Below are positions 11,937-25,759 of a DNA stretch of 64,000 nucleotides, piece by piece; positions within the stretch are counted from its first letter, which is position 1, and each line of letters begins with the position of its first letter. Made by a program: the position numbers and the translations under genes. The stretch comes from Sphyrna mokarran (Eukaryota): the NCBI GenBank assembly GCA_024679065.1, contig JAGIQG010000032.1, positions 5,890,001 to 5,954,000 of the forward strand. Reading direction: 5' to 3'. The notes beneath the pieces were generated by a model. It made no database searches. It had not been told where the DNA came from and saw only the letters and a program-made list of their open reading frames with translations.

Positions 11937-13344
11937 GTAAGTGGAAAATATTTTTCTTGTTTAAAACATTTAGGGCTCCATGTAGCTAGTTGGTCATGGC
12001 TGGGCATAATCTTTCGTGGCAGAGATAAAAGACTTCCTGATGTTTTAATCAGGCCAATCGTCTGGCTACACAGCAAACAAGGTTATGAGCCTTCTCAAGA
12101 GGATGAAGAGAAGGTTTACAAGAATGGTTCGAGGATTGGAGAAGCTGGAGTTGTTCTATCAGAACAAAGATCAAAGGGAGATTTGATTTGAGGTGTACAA
12201 GATTGACGTGTTTGGAAAAGGTAGACAAGCAAAAGCTGTCCCAGTTAACTGATGGTACAAGGACTAGGGAATGTATTTAAGATTTTGGGCAGTCGATACA
12301 TGGAATGTGTGGAAAAGGAAGAGGATGAAAATTTTAAAATAGCTTTCCTATGCAATGAATGATACTGATCTGGAACTCTCTGTCTCAGAGTGGTGGAAGT
12401 GGAGACAATCAATACTTTCAAAGGAAATTGGATGGACATTTGAATGAAATAAACTTGCAGAGTAATGGGATTGATTAAATTGCTGTGTGAGGAGCTAGCA
12501 TAGATTCAGTGGGTTGAATGGCCTTTTCTGTCCTAAATGATTGACTTTGTAACCTATGTTGAGATAGCACTTTCCAACCCCACAACCACTACCATACAAA
12601 AAGTCAAGGGCAACAGACAGATGCGAGCACCACCACCTTCAAGTTCTCTTCTAAATCACTCACCATCCTGACTTGGAAATATATCATTGTTCTTTCTTTG
12701 TTGCTGGCTCACAATCCTAGAACTCCCTCCGTAATAGCACTATGTGTGCCCCTTTTCAAGGGTAAATTAGGGATAAACAATAAATGCTGGCCTGGCTAGC
12801 AATGCCCACATCCTATAAATAGTTTTTTTAACAAATGAAGCATTTGGCACAGCTTTTCACTGTCCTTTTCAGACTTAGCTGTTATCAATGTATTTTTTGC
12901 TACATTAGTTGGTGCTGATACTTTTCAAGGCTTGTCCTCTTAGAGTAGTCACAAAGTGGCAGCCTTTTTTTCTCTTGTATTAGAATTGTAGGTTTGGGTA
13001 GTTTAGTAGCTTCAAGCTAGGGCCATGTGCAAAAACATAGGTAACATGATCCTGCATTGGTAAATCTTAAAGCACTCAAATCTGTCAATGTTAGCAACTT
13101 GAAATATATACGCCTTAGTAGGGGAAAACTTATTGTTCTTGCTTTATAAAATGCATCAATATAGATATGAAAGCATGAGATTGGACAAAGCCGAGGGGCC
13201 TGTTTGTGCTGTAGTGTTCTATGTTCTAAATCCTAACTCATACTTCCAGGAGCAGAGTTTTAATCTGTCTCTGATGTGAAGTGGGCTGTGGGGCTGCTTT
13301 AATCTGTTTTTTAATTGGGCCGCAAATTATCCAGACCTCCGTGG

Positions 13345-13790
13345 ATGCCGGGATGAAAGAGTTGACGTATGAGGAGAGATTATACAGTTTAGGCTTATAC
13401 ACGCTGGAGTTTAGAAGGATGAGAGGGGATTTGATCGAGGTATATAAAATTTTAAAAGGGATTGATAAACTAAATGTAAACGAAATGTGAACAAGAGGTA
13501 TGTACCTCTGAGGCTGAGAAGTGGTAAATTTAAAACTAAGATGAGGAGGAACTAGTTCTCACAGAAGGTGGTAAATTTGTGGAACTCGCTGCCCCGTAGC
13601 CCAGTGGAGTCTGAATCATTGAATGGTTTCGAGAGGAAGATAGATATATTTCTAATTTTAAAAATAGTATAAAGGGGATGTTGGGAGGTGGATTTGAGAC
13701 CAGGGAGAAATCAGCCATGATCTAATTGAATGGCGGAGCAGGTTGAAGTGCTGAATGTTTCCTACTTCTGCTCCTGTATTCCATGTTGCT
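13345..13790 (+). mobile_element. CR1-type LINE 3' fragment
   Basis: YEERLYSLGLYTLEFRRMRGDLIEVYKIL followed by a 3' tail. Confidence 0.85.
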
Positions 13791-14349
13791 TACCAGCTGA
13801 TGAGAGGTGAGGTTCTGGTGTAGGCAGTTGTTGGGGTGCGGGTGTTGCTATATGTTTGACATGCAAAAAGATCTTGGCCATACATCTGATCTGTGCTATA
13901 TCTGCAGTAATTGCTTGAAAGGATTGGGAAGCGGAAGCTGCTATATGTAAGCCTATTTCCCAGGTATAACATGATACAACGCTATCAAAATTAGCTGTGG
14001 ATCAGTCTAAATGTGCTCAATTCATGAGATCTATTTTTTAAAATATCATTACCGGCAACCTAAAACAGGTGTTAGTCTCTTTGTATACCTTAATAAAAGG
14101 CTTTGCTCCAGTTTACCTCCCTTCATTCTGGGCTGGTAGTAGAAGTGGGGGGAAGAGGGGGGTGGAATGTTGGAATCCATTATTAAGGAAAGTATGTGTG
14201 TTAGGTTGATTAGTCATACTAAACTGCCCCTTTGTGTCAGGGAGACTAGCAGGGTAAATACATATGGTTACAGGGATAGGGCCTGGGTGGGATTGTTGTT
14301 GGTGCAGACTTGATGGGCTGAATTGCCACCTCTTGCACTGTAGGGAATC

Positions 14350-15540
14350 CGGGAAGTAGTAGCAGGGTACTTGAATCACAATATAATCAGGCAGAGTCGA
14401 CATAGTTTTGTGAAAGGGAATTCGTATTTAACAAATTTGGTAGAGTTCTTTGAGGATGTAACAAGCAGGGTAGGTAAAGGGACCCACAGAATGTGGTGTG
14501 TTTGGATTCCCAGAAGGCAATTAATAAGGTGCCACGTAAAATATTACTGTACAAAATAGCAGTGTCACGGTAATATATTTGCCTGGGTAGGGGATTGGCT
14601 AATTAACAGTTGGGATATGTAGGTAATTTTCAGGTTGGCAAACTGAGTAGTGGGATGCCACAGGGATAAGTCAACTACTTACCATCTAAATGACTCGGAT
14701 GAAAGAGGCACACTATAGTGTAGTCGGGTTTGCTGATGATGCAGGGTAGGTAGGAAAGTAAGTTGTAAGGAAAACACAATTTGCCAAGTAAGTGGACAGA
14801 AATTTGGCAGATGGAATACAATGTGAGCAAATACGAGGTTGGAACTTTCTACTTTGGTAGGAAGCATAGAAGAACAAAATAATTTTTTTAAGTGGAACTA
14901 GCCTCCCAAATGCTGCAGTGCAGATAAATCTGGTGTTATTATACATGAATCACAAAAGGTTAGTGAGCAGATGTAGCAAGTAATTAGACAAATGGAATGT
15001 TGACTTTCATTACAAGGAGGAGATAAGAAAGTCTTATTACAACGAGCCTTGCCACACCTGGAGAACTATGTACAGTTTTGGTCTCTTTATTTAAGGTGAT
15101 GTACCTGCATTGAAGGCACTTATTAAAGTTCACTACGCTGATTCCCAAGGTTTGTCGTACGAGGAAGGTTTGAGCAGATTGTGCCATTAGTTGCTGTAGT
15201 CTGGAAGACTGAGAGGTGATCTTCTTGACACTTATAAAATTGAGGAGACTCGACAGGGTAGATGCTGAGGAGGTGTCACTCCTTGTGGCGATATCTAAAC
15301 ATCCCAAAATAAGAGGACTTTCATTTAAGATGGAGATGAGGAATTTGGATTTCTGTACCCCAGTGAGCAGGGGAGATTGTATCATTCTATATATTCAAGG
15401 CTGAGTTGTGTAGAGTTTTAGTCTACGAGGGAGTCCACAACTATTTGGGACAGGTAGGAAGTAGAGTTGAAGCCCCGATCAGATCAGCCAGTGGAGCCTG
15501 ATTGGCCAATAGGCTTTCCTCCTCTTTGTCATGTTCTTAA
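14350..15540 (+). mobile_element. Old degenerate CR1-like LINE ORF2 3' half
   Basis: Remnants of FVKGNSYLTNLVEFFE, FADD and RGDL...LDRVD motifs. Confidence 0.75.
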
Positions 15541-17678
15541 GTTCAGTAAGTAAGATGTCCCAGGAATGGCTGAATCTCCCACAGCATTCCAACTATTAAC
15601 TCTTCATCTGGGAGTTGTCTCTAATTATGGAAACCTCCCAGCAAGATATCATCGCACACGCACACGCGGCAGCATCAATGAAGGGGGAAATAGAGTTAAT
15701 GGTTGTGTGACTCTCTCAAGCAAGTCATGCAGACTCGCAAGGTTAATTCTGTTTCTCTCTCAACACACCTGCTGAGTTTATCTAGTATTTTTTGTTTGTA
15801 ATTTCAATCAACTGCTGAATATCATTTCCTAGTTTGTTGACATTCTGTCATTTTTGCCTGCATAGATCAAAGTTGGTTCTTTAGACGAGAGTGCCAGGGA
15901 GATTAGTCTTCTGCCTTTGGTTCCTGCAGCTGCTCTTGTTTGTATTGGGGGGATGGGTAACGAGTTGTTTTGATGTTCAGATGAACCTGATGTCCTAGTG
16001 GAGTCCAGCACCCCCCCAATCCGATTGGAGACATTGTGCGATCAAACCTCCAGCAATGTCAGATCTACCCATTCTTGAATTTATAGTTTAGTTGGGATGC
16101 CTGTACTGGGGAATCTTTATTTGCAGCTTGGCCCCAGCAGCTATTGTGACATGTCTCACAAGTCGTGAGGCCTGTTATCAGAAAATTGTTACAGTGCAGA
16201 AGGAGGCCATTCGGCCCATTGTGTCTACCCTGGCTCTTCAACTGCAAACTGATGCAGACATGAGAAGTAGGGGGGGGGAAAGGCAAAACCAATTGCTCAG
16301 CAATCTTCATCTCTGGCCCCTATTACAGTCTCCCAAACTGTATTCTCCCACAGGCCTTTTCTGGCTTTTGTGTAATTAAGATTTCTTTACCCAACCTTGA
16401 GTGACAGAGAAACTCATCTATTCCTGTGATAAAACTGCGTTAATATTCATTTCCAATGATAGTGTTTCTCTGCCACTGTGCATGTTGGGTAAAAATATTT
16501 TCCGTTAACCAAAAGCCATTTTCTTCCCTCAGCCACTCCCCCCAAAACGTTTATCTGCTCAATACAGTTTTAATCTGTAACTGGACTTAGCTTATTGAAG
16601 GTTGTCCATTAGTTGCAATTTGCAAGTGTCTAAGAAGCAATTTGTTTCTATTTTGACGCAGATTATTTGTGAATGGCAGTAAGAGTCTGTTTTGCAAGTG
16701 TCCATTTTGACAGGGTTCACTGTACAGTGAGCATGTATTGCCATCTTGTGTCTGAAAATCAGAACTGCAACTGCTGGCTATTGGATCCGTTTTTGGATTA
16801 AAAGGGGATGACTTAGTCAGTTTTCAACTTGGGAGATGACTATGGGTTGCAGTTCATGCCTAGTTAACTGTTCCATCAAGGCATTCAAGTATGTTTTTAA
16901 TTAAGATCAATATTGTATATCCCTCCCCTTAACTGCTAAATTGTACTTCATAACTTTTAATCAGTTTTAAATATCTTATTAATTTTCACGGCTTTTAAAA
17001 CACATCTTTATTTTACCAGGACACTTTACATTTTATTTTATTTGTATTTTATACCTGATATTTTATATACCACATAAGGTCCCTTATTCCCCTATTGTTA
17101 ACAATTCTTTTTTCAGATCATCCAGTTTGTGTTTTTCTCACCTTTGTAATAATTTTAAGTTCCTCGTTGTTTGAGATTGGGTCATGCTCTTCCTGTACCC
17201 TTTCTAAAAGAGAATGGTCTTTCCAGTGCAGCATAAAGCTTTACTCCTTCTCTGTCTAACAGCACACCATTAACTCGTTTTAAGTTGCTTTGACATATGC
17301 TATTGCAGCTAATTTTCAAGCCTCCCTAACCTGAGCTTGCATTCTATTTTATTTTGATTGATATGTAACAATTCATCATATTTATTTCATTTGTTATGTC
17401 CATCCCCTGATAAACAAGATAAACCACTTCATAAATGCATTTTCATTTCTGTAACCAATTTTTTTGTTAGCAGAAACCTTCACTGATTTTGGTATCTTAA
17501 TGCATAATGATGCTCTGATTTATTGACAGAGATAATGGGAGGAATCTGTGGCATTTTTAATAACTGTGGTTACTCTGGAAAGGTTTGAGAGTGGGGTCTT
17601 AGAATTTGTCTGAATTTTGAGATCAAATTGCACCATAAAGTCTACAGATTCTCACCTTTGTTTTGCTTCTTGTTACAG

Positions 17679-17772
17679 GACACAGAAGAGTTTATATTAC
17701 CAACTGGAGCCAATAAGACTCGCGGAAGATTTGAGCTAGCATTCTTTACAATTGGCGGCTGCTGTATGACTG
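17679..17772 (+). CDS. TIMM23: TIMM23 exon 3
   Basis: DTEEFILPTGANKTRGRFELAFFTIGGCCMT(G); TTACAG acceptor, GTACGT donor; 94 nt. Confidence 0.98.
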
Positions 17773-17849
17773 GTACGTTTGGCAGTTTTATTATTAGATC
17801 AGTCATTGTTGTTGAATAAGACCTTAATTAAGGTCTGTCAGTTAATGCT

Positions 17850-18045
17850 AGTGGAGTTTGCGCGTTCTCCCCGTGGTCGCGTGGGTTTTCTCCGGGTGCT
17901 CCAGTTTCCTCCCACATCCCAAAAATGTGCTCTTAGGCTGATTGGGTAACAAATTGGTCCCTATGTGTTATTAAGACGTTAGGACGGCGGCACGAGCTCG
18001 TTGGGCCGAAGGGCCTGTTTCTGGTGCTGTGTTGTTCTTTGTTCT
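17850..18045 (+). mobile_element. 5'-truncated copy of the LINE/V-SINE composite 3' end
   Basis: V core and tail closely match 18800-19030. Confidence 0.75.
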
Positions 18046-18479
18046 GACCCAGCAACTAGCACTTGGCTGACTCCCGTCTGCAAGTTATCACTAAGTGAGA
18101 TTCCAGAAATGGGATGAAGTAGCAACGAGGCAGATATAGAAGAGGGGAAATCCTTTTAAAACCAGGCAGAACTGGATCGAGTTCAAACAAAAACAAGGTA
18201 TCAAATCTGGGAATTGCGTGGAACTGAGAATGAGTTTTGTCTTCCCATAAACCTGTGTTACCCTCACCTGGGAATGCATGGCGGCTGTTGACTTTATTGT
18301 GTTATACTATATCACCTAACCTCTTGCCTTTCCAGGAAAAGAACTGCTCTGCAGTAACCTATACAGGTACATGATTCATTCCATTCCTGCTGCAGGGTTG
18401 GCAGAAAAGGAAAGATCTTGCAAATGGATGGAAGTATTTGCAGTTCCAGGTGAATGTCAAAGAGATCTGCATTATTCAT

Positions 18480-19040
18480 GGTTAAGGTGGTGGGAGCAGG
18501 CACGCTAGGGCTATTTAAGGGTCTCTTGGACAGCCACATGAGCGTTATGCAGATAGAGGGATATAGTAGGACTGTTTAACTATGACTTTTTTTTCCACAG
18601 GTAATTCGGTCCATACTTGACCATCAAGGAGCATGCATTCGGCAGGTGGTGCGAGGACAGCTCTTGGATGTTGATTCATGGGTTGCCTGGTGCTTCATGT
18701 CGTAAATGAGTGCTTTATCTGGACCATCTGAAGGGCACCATGACAGCTCAGTGACTATCGCTGTAGCTGTGCAGACACTTGGAATTGGGCCGGTATCTGC
18801 GGGAGTTTGCGCGTTCTCCCCGTGGTTGCGTGGGTTTTCTCCGGTTTCCTCCCACATCCCAAAAATTCGCTCTTAGGCTGATTGGGAAACAAATTGTCCC
18901 TATTTTGAGATTCTTCCATATTAGGAATAACCTAAAATTAGAATAGGAAAATGGAATTGTTACTATAAAGTTATGACGGCGGCACGGGCTCGTTGGACCA
19001 AAGGGCCTGTTTCCCATGCTGTGTTGCTCTTAAAAAAAAA
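18480..19040 (+). mobile_element. CR1-type LINE 3' end with a decayed V-SINE in its 3' UTR
   Basis: ORF2 end (KVVGAGTLGLFKGLLDSHM), shared middle segment, GACAGCTCAGTGACTATCGCTG head, V core and CR1 tail; homologous to 40455-41352 and 57661-59010. Confidence 0.8.
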
Positions 19041-19435
19041 AAGAGCGGATGAAATTTCTTTGGAAAGAGGGGGAACATCCCAAATTTTTGGTTAATCTTG
19101 CGTTTAATTTGATCCAAATCCGGTTTCCAGTGACAGTTGCATCAAAGTTCAAATAGCTCCTCGTATTTTGAGTTGGTAGGTTCACAAACAGAGCCGTTAC
19201 CATTGATGTGGAGATGGATATGTTAATGATCTAGTGGATGGATGCTCTTCACTGAATCTGATGTTTTATTTGCAGGCATAAAGAGGATTTCATTCCCCAG
19301 TAACTCACTTTCAGCATGCAAACTTAACTCCTGTGCGCATTTTGTACTGGGTCTGGAAAATGGAGTTTGATACTGCCTTATAAACCTGGATGTTACGTCT
19401 ACGTAATCGTTTATAGTTCTTCTCTGTTTCATCAG

Positions 19436-19520
19436 GTGCCGCTATTGGTGCGGTAAATGGCCTCCGTCTGGGATTGAAGGAGACGAGTGATATGGCTTGG
19501 TCAAAACCCAGAAATGTTCA
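19436..19520 (+). CDS. TIMM23: TIMM23 exon 4
   Basis: (G)AAIGAVNGLRLGLKETSDMAWSKPRNV(Q); acceptor TTCATCAG, donor GTGAGT; 85 nt. Confidence 0.98.
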
Positions 19521-19853
19521 GTGAGTACCCATTCGTATGAGACTATCCGTTTTTGGGACTGTAATGGATAAGGGAGGTCCGGAAAGGTTTGGACTGTAGA
19601 ATTCCAACAACACTCAAGAAGCTAAATACCTTCCAGGGCAAACCTGCCCCTTGACTGATAGCCCTAGCACAAACATTCATTCCCTTCCCCACTGACGAAA
19701 GTAGCAGCAGTGTATACAATCTACAAGATGCGCTGCAGGAAGACACTAAGATTCCTTAGTTTGCACCTTCCAAACCTAGAAGGAAAAGTCAGCACGTACC
19801 TGGGAGCACCATTACCTAGAGGTTCTAATGTGAGCCTCTCACCTTCCTGACTT

Positions 19854-19999
19854 AGAACATAGAACATTACAGCACAGAACAGGCCCTTCGGCCTTCGATG
19901 TTGCGCCGACCAATATAAAAAGCAATGCCCCTCCAAACTAAACCATTCCCTTCTCTTCCATATACTTATCAACTAAGTATATACTTATCAACTATTATC
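19854..19999 (-). mobile_element. Very short 5'-truncated young CR1 LINE insertion flanked by GACTT direct repeats
   Basis: About 115 bp match 6610-6725 without visible mismatch; inserted into an older L2-like tail. Confidence 0.85.
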
Positions 20000-20364
20000 G
20001 ACTTGGAAATGTATTGCTATTCCTGCACTGTTGCTGGGTGTAAATCTTGCAATTCTCTCTCTACAAGCACTGTGAGTGTACCTGCACCTGAACTGCAGCG
20101 GCTCAATAAGAGCAATGAATGATGGCCAACCAGCAATGCTTATATTCTATAAATGAATTTTCAAAATGCAGTTTGCTGAAACCACTGTACATGGCCTACT
20201 CCAGCTCCTAGTTTCTATATCACTGTGTGTAAACCTAACTCAATGCAGAATTTGCAATACCTGGAGGAAATTTGAAATCCTTGTATCATTTCTCAAATTT
20301 CCATTTCTCGAATTAAAAATTCATTTGTCAGTCGGAGTTAAATTCAGAAATTGTTCTGGATATT

Positions 20365-20700
20365 CATAGAATCCCCACAGTGCAGAGAAGGCCTTTTGGC
20401 CCATTGAATTCAATTGGCCAACTCTCTAACAGCATATTTTATCCAGGCTCACCACCTGCCCCATTCCCTTAACCATATGCATTTATCCTGCTAATCCCCT
20501 GACCTATAATTCTTGGAGCAATACGGGGCAACTTGGAAGACCAGTCCACCTAACTGGCATAGCTTTGGGCTGTGGGAAGAAACCAGAGAACTCAGAGGAA
20601 ACCCATGCAGACACAAGGAGGACATGCAGATTCCTGTCACCCAAGGCTGGAATCAGACCTGGGTCCCTGGCACTCCTTGCTTTGGCACCCACTGTCATAT
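20365..20700 (-). mobile_element. HE1/V-SINE, tail type A
   Basis: Reverse-complement V core TGTGGGAAGAAACCAGAG...GGAAACCCATGCAGAC. Confidence 0.8.
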
Positions 20701-22679
20701 AGCTGGGAGGATTGGTTTATTTCAAAACGGTATCTGCTGCATTCCCCACTTGTGCCATTCAGCATTTTTGGCAAAAGAGTAAGTAGCCTGATCCCAAGTG
20801 AAAGTGTCCCTGGTTGCTAACCCTGGAAAATGCCATTTTGGTTTAATTCCACCGTGTTTATGTGGTGACGTTTTAGCAGGTGTGGAGTCTGGGATCCCTT
20901 GGGGCCTCTGTAAAAAGAAATGAAACAAAATCCTGCAAAATTTGTACCCTTCATTTTCTCTTGGAATTTTTCTGACTCTTGCAAAATCAAAATAAACTGC
21001 ATTTAGCAATTGATGGAACGAAGGGGCAGCTGCTGAATTGTGTTCAACCACAAGATGGTGATATAGATTTAATCAGCAAATGTTCTGTCTGCCTCTGTGG
21101 AATTGAAAGGACAGTGTGCCCTTTGCAGCATGTGAATGCCTTGCAGGGACTACAAGGACACACATTCCACAAGCTAAGTGCAGGCATTTGTGAGACAACG
21201 GTGAGCAATCATCACTTTATTGGAACAAGAGCCTCATGCTGTGGAGCACAATTGTATATTTATCTGTTACCTACGTCTGCTTCCTCATGTAATATGCCTA
21301 TCCTGATAAATATGATCATAAGTGCACACTCATCCTCCCTTTCTCAACCTCCGCCTAGTAACAGTGCAAACTTAAGTTGTATTAATTTGGGCAATTAAGG
21401 ATATAAGTCACCTTTAGCAATTTTTAAAAAATGTTCATACTTGTACAGCATTTTAACATTCATGGAGCATCCCAAGTATTACACAACTGTTGACTGACTT
21501 CTGTAATCTGTTGCCGCAAACACCACAGAGAACTCTTTCTGCCAACGTTAAATGTCTAGTTACGTTGACCGAGATGAGAAGAACTCTTCCAGAGGTGCCA
21601 TGGGGTCTGTAATGTCCACTTAACCAACAGACAAGCGTCTGCTTAACATCTCATCTCAGTGCCAGGGATCTGGGTTTGATTCTACTGTGTGGAGTTTGCA
21701 CATTCTCTCTCAGCCTGAAAGATTTGCAGGTTAGGTGCATTGACCCGAACAGGTGGTAGGGTGTGGTGACTAGGGGAATTTCACAGTAACTTCATTGCAA
21801 TGCTAATGTAAGCCTTACTTGTGACTAATAAATAAAATTTATAAAATCTGTGGCAATATAGTGCACACTTGCTATTGAACAATATTAGTCTAGGTCGTGT
21901 GATGCACATTCTTTTGAACGCATAGGCTTACAACTCCAAGGCATGTGTGTGTGTACTTGCTTTCCTAGTGTTTAATTACATTCTTTGAATTTTTTTTTAA
22001 AAGTTTCTTGTTTCTCCTTTTGCTCATCCCTATTGCCTGACATGAATACTGAGCCCTTTTCCACATTGTAAAATAACTAATAGTTCCCATTCATTTTTTA
22101 ACAAGCTGTATATAAGACCAGTAATTAAAATGTTTAGCCATTGTTTTACTACAGCTTGTGTCTATTCCAGTTCAAGAATGATCTGAGGTCCTACATGATG
22201 TGGCATTCTGGTATCTCCACGGTGCAGATACCTGAGGGAAGTAGAGAGTGAAAGTAACCTTGTTTGTGTTTAATATCCTGTGGGCCAGTAATGAAGCTGA
22301 CGTGGTAAGCTGTGGCTGTGTCTCAAACTGAGAACAATAAACATGAGGATGGAGCACATTGAATTTTGAAAAATTTATTTTTTCTCCAAAGCAGAAGGAT
22401 GTTGTGGGAGGACTTGTTTTCACCCCCTGACCTTGTGTTCTTGCCACATCGTTGAATTGGCACTTTCTTGTCAGTTGGATCTACATTTGATCGCTGACAG
22501 GGTTGGCACATGATGTTTAAATTTTTTTTAAACTTGGAAAAATTACATTAACTTTGCTGATTCCAGCAATACACCATTGTACAGTCTCTACAATGGTGAG
22601 AGATTGTAGAACTTGAGACCTCGGGGAAAGGTTTGTCCTGACAGATCTCTTATGACAGACTTGGAAATGTAGTAAACAG

Positions 22680-23240
22680 TGAGCATGGTGGTACAGTAGT
22701 TAGCATTGCTGTCTCAGCGCTGGTGATCTGGGTTCAGTTCCAACCTTGGGACACTGTCTGTGCAGAGTTTATACATTCCCCCTATCTGTGTGGGTTTCCT
22801 CTATGTACTCTGGTTTCCTCCCACATTGATATGTGGGCTAGGTGGATTGGCCATACTAAGTTGCCCTTTAGTGTCAGGGGAACAAGCAGGGTAAGTAAGT
22901 GGGATTATGGGGATAGGTCCTGGGTAGAATTGTTATTGGTGTAGACTCGATGGGCTGAATGGCCTCATTCTGCACTGTAGGGATTCTATTATTCTTGGGT
23001 GACCATGTGGAGTTTGCATTTTCTCCCCGTGTTTGCATGGATTTCCTCCAGGTGCTCTGGTTTCCTCCCACACTTTGAAAATATATAGGTTAGGTGGATT
23101 GGCCATACTAAATTGTCCCTTAATGTTTCAAGACACACAGGTTAGTGGGATTAGTGGGGTAAATATGTCTGGTTATGGGTAAGCCTGGGTAAGAGTTGAT
23201 GTAGACTTAACAGATCCTTCTGCAGTAGAGAGATTCTATG
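22680..23240 (+). mobile_element. Two tandem HE1/V-SINEs (tail type A)
   Basis: Two V cores (near 22760 and 23005), each followed by a GATTCTAT tail. Confidence 0.85.
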
Positions 23241-24064
23241 GAAGTAGCAGTCTACAAGATAACAAAATAGTAGATGTGTAGATTAAATTTAACGGGGAGA
23301 AGTGTGAAGTGATATATTTTGGAAGGAGAGGTGTTGAGAATCAAATGGTAGAATTTTATGGGGTACAGGAGCAAAGACTATTGATGAAATAGTTAAAGCA
23401 TTTTGTTTAAAAAAAAAAATTGGACCCTGACTATGTAAACATAGGTGAGAGAGTACAAAACAAGGACCTTTAGCCTTGGGTAAAGTATTCTGTCCAATTC
23501 TCAACATCACAATCTTGGACAAATATTAAAACTTTTGAGAGGGAGATTTACTATCATGGTATCAGGGATAAGGGACTTGAGAGATGAGAAGAATTGGAAT
23601 TCTTCTACTTTTGAGCAGAGAAAATTAATGGGAGATTTGATACCTTTAAAATTGAGGACTTTAATGAAACTGTATCCATGGGCAGAAGCGTCAGTGATTG
23701 TTCAGTTAGGAAAGTAAGTTGTGAAGAGAACGCAAGGGGGCTACAAAAGATATAGGTAGATCCAATGAGTGGATAAAGATCTGGCAAATGGATAGTGTGA
23801 AATTGTCCATTTTGGCAGGAGGAATAAAAGAGATGCATATTACCTAAATGGTGAGAGATTGTAGAACTTGAGTGCAGAGAGATCTCGGTGTCTGTGTGTG
23901 AATCACAAAAGACAGCAAGTAATTGGGAAAACTAATAGAAATATCACTTATTGTGAGGAGAATTGAAAAAAACCAGGAAAGTTACATAGAGTGTGTGTGC
24001 AACCACATCTAAAGTACTGTGTACAGTATTGGGCATAGTGGCACAGTGCTTCAAGTTTTAAAAT

Positions 24065-24560
24065 TTAGTTTTATTAATGTCACAAGTATGCTTATATTAA
24101 CACTGCAATGAAGTTACTGTGAAAATCCCCTAGTCGCCATGCTTCAGTGCCTATTCAGTACACCAAAGGAGAATTTAGTATGGGCGATGCGCCTAACCAG
24201 CATATCTTCCGGACTGTGGGAGGAAACCGAACACCTGGAGGAAACCCACACAGACACGAGCAAAATGTGCAGACTCCACACAATGACCCAAGCTGGGAAT
24301 CAAACCTGGGGCCTCAGTGCTGTGAGGCAGTAGTGCTAACCACTGTGCATTCTGGTTAGTGCTGCTGCCTCAGCACCAGGACCTAGATTCAATTCTGGTC
24401 TACCTCTGGGTGCTTCAGTTCCTTTCACAGTCCAAAGATGTGCAGGTTAGGTGCATTGGCCATGCTAAGTTGCCCTTTGGTATCAAAAGATATGTAGGTT
24501 AGGTGAATTGACCATGATAAATGCCTGATGTTACAGGGATAGGCTGGGGAGGTGGGCAAA
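24065..24560. mobile_element. Head-to-head V-SINE pair (minus 24065-24350, plus 24352-24560)
   Basis: GAGGCAGTAGTGCTAACCA faces TGGTTAGTGCTGCTGCCTC at the junction. Confidence 0.8.
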
Positions 24561-25759
24561 TCTAGAACCATGGGTCATGGTTAATAAGGGGTTGTGATGA
24601 GGCAAAACTTTTTCTGAGGGCTGTGAGTCTTTGGAACTCCTTCCTGCAAAGTTGTTAGTGCAGTATCTTTGAATATTTTAAAGGTGGATAGATTTTTGGT
24701 AAGTGTGGGGATGATAGGTTATTACAGGATGTAAATTTGCTGCTAGTATCAGATTAGTTATGATCCTATTAAATAATGCAGCAGGCTCGAGGGGCTGAAT
24801 GGCCTAATCATCCTTTTCATATGTTGGAAAATATGAATCTTCATGTGCAGTGTGTCAATCTAGAATTCACCACTTGAAAGCTTGGTAGAAATTGGATTGT
24901 AAAAGGGAATCTCTTTATGTAGTTGAAAAGAAGACATTTGTAGGATTGTGAGGGGATGAGCAGAAGAGTGGGACTAATTGTATAGCAGTTTCAAAGCTGG
25001 CAAAGTCAACAGAGAAGGTCCATTGTGTACAATTCTGTGATTCATTGGAGAATAAAGGATAGGATGTTCTACGCTGCTTAGTTTCTGTCACTAATGGCCT
25101 AATAAAGCATCTGGACTGTATCATCTTGTGAATTTTACATCTCCATCTGAATAATTGATACAGAATCCTGACCTGGTGTGTCTATAAAAAGCCTTGACAT
25201 TGTTAACCGGTCTAGATGGGCTAATTTTTTATACCCAGAGAATGTTAATGGGCTGCAGTGTACTTAGAGTGACACAGAATACTAAACTCCAAAAATCTTT
25301 GTTTGCGTAGCAGCCTTCCATTGTATATTTTAATATTCAATATATATTTTTCCTTCCTAATTTGACAGATTTAGTAATTTTGCTATATCCTTCACAATAT
25401 ATTATTCAAATATTGTTCTGAACTGGATCTGATATAGCTCCTTACTACTATTGTCCCTCAATTTGTTAATGATCAAAGTGCAATATTGAAGTACCAGTGA
25501 GTGGCTTGAGTGCCATTGTACAGTAAACCTTCTGGTAGCTGATGTTAAAAATCCAACTAGCAGTGTTTAAAGGGACTGCTACAAATGACTTGGAAAAAAT
25601 CAGAACAAAAATGATTACATGGATGATTATAAAATCCACTCTACCCAACTACTTTTTCTCTCATGAAACAGGGGCAATCGCATGAAAGTTGACTCCTACA
25701 TTTCCATACAACAAGCGTTCAGGAAAAGTTGCACAATCCTTTTGTGGCTGTGTAATGTC

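Noticed and set aside
13795-13895. Possible intronic C/D snoRNA (TGATGA...CTGA); similar weak candidate at 22170-22335
   Set aside because: Terminal stems are weak and no rRNA or snRNA guide could be recognised; it would need an Infernal or snoscan search.
20979-21398. 139-aa intronic ORF and many other 60-150 aa ORFs
   Set aside because: No recognisable domains or splice-consistent structure; most start at non-ATG codons or fall in SINE/LINE sequence.
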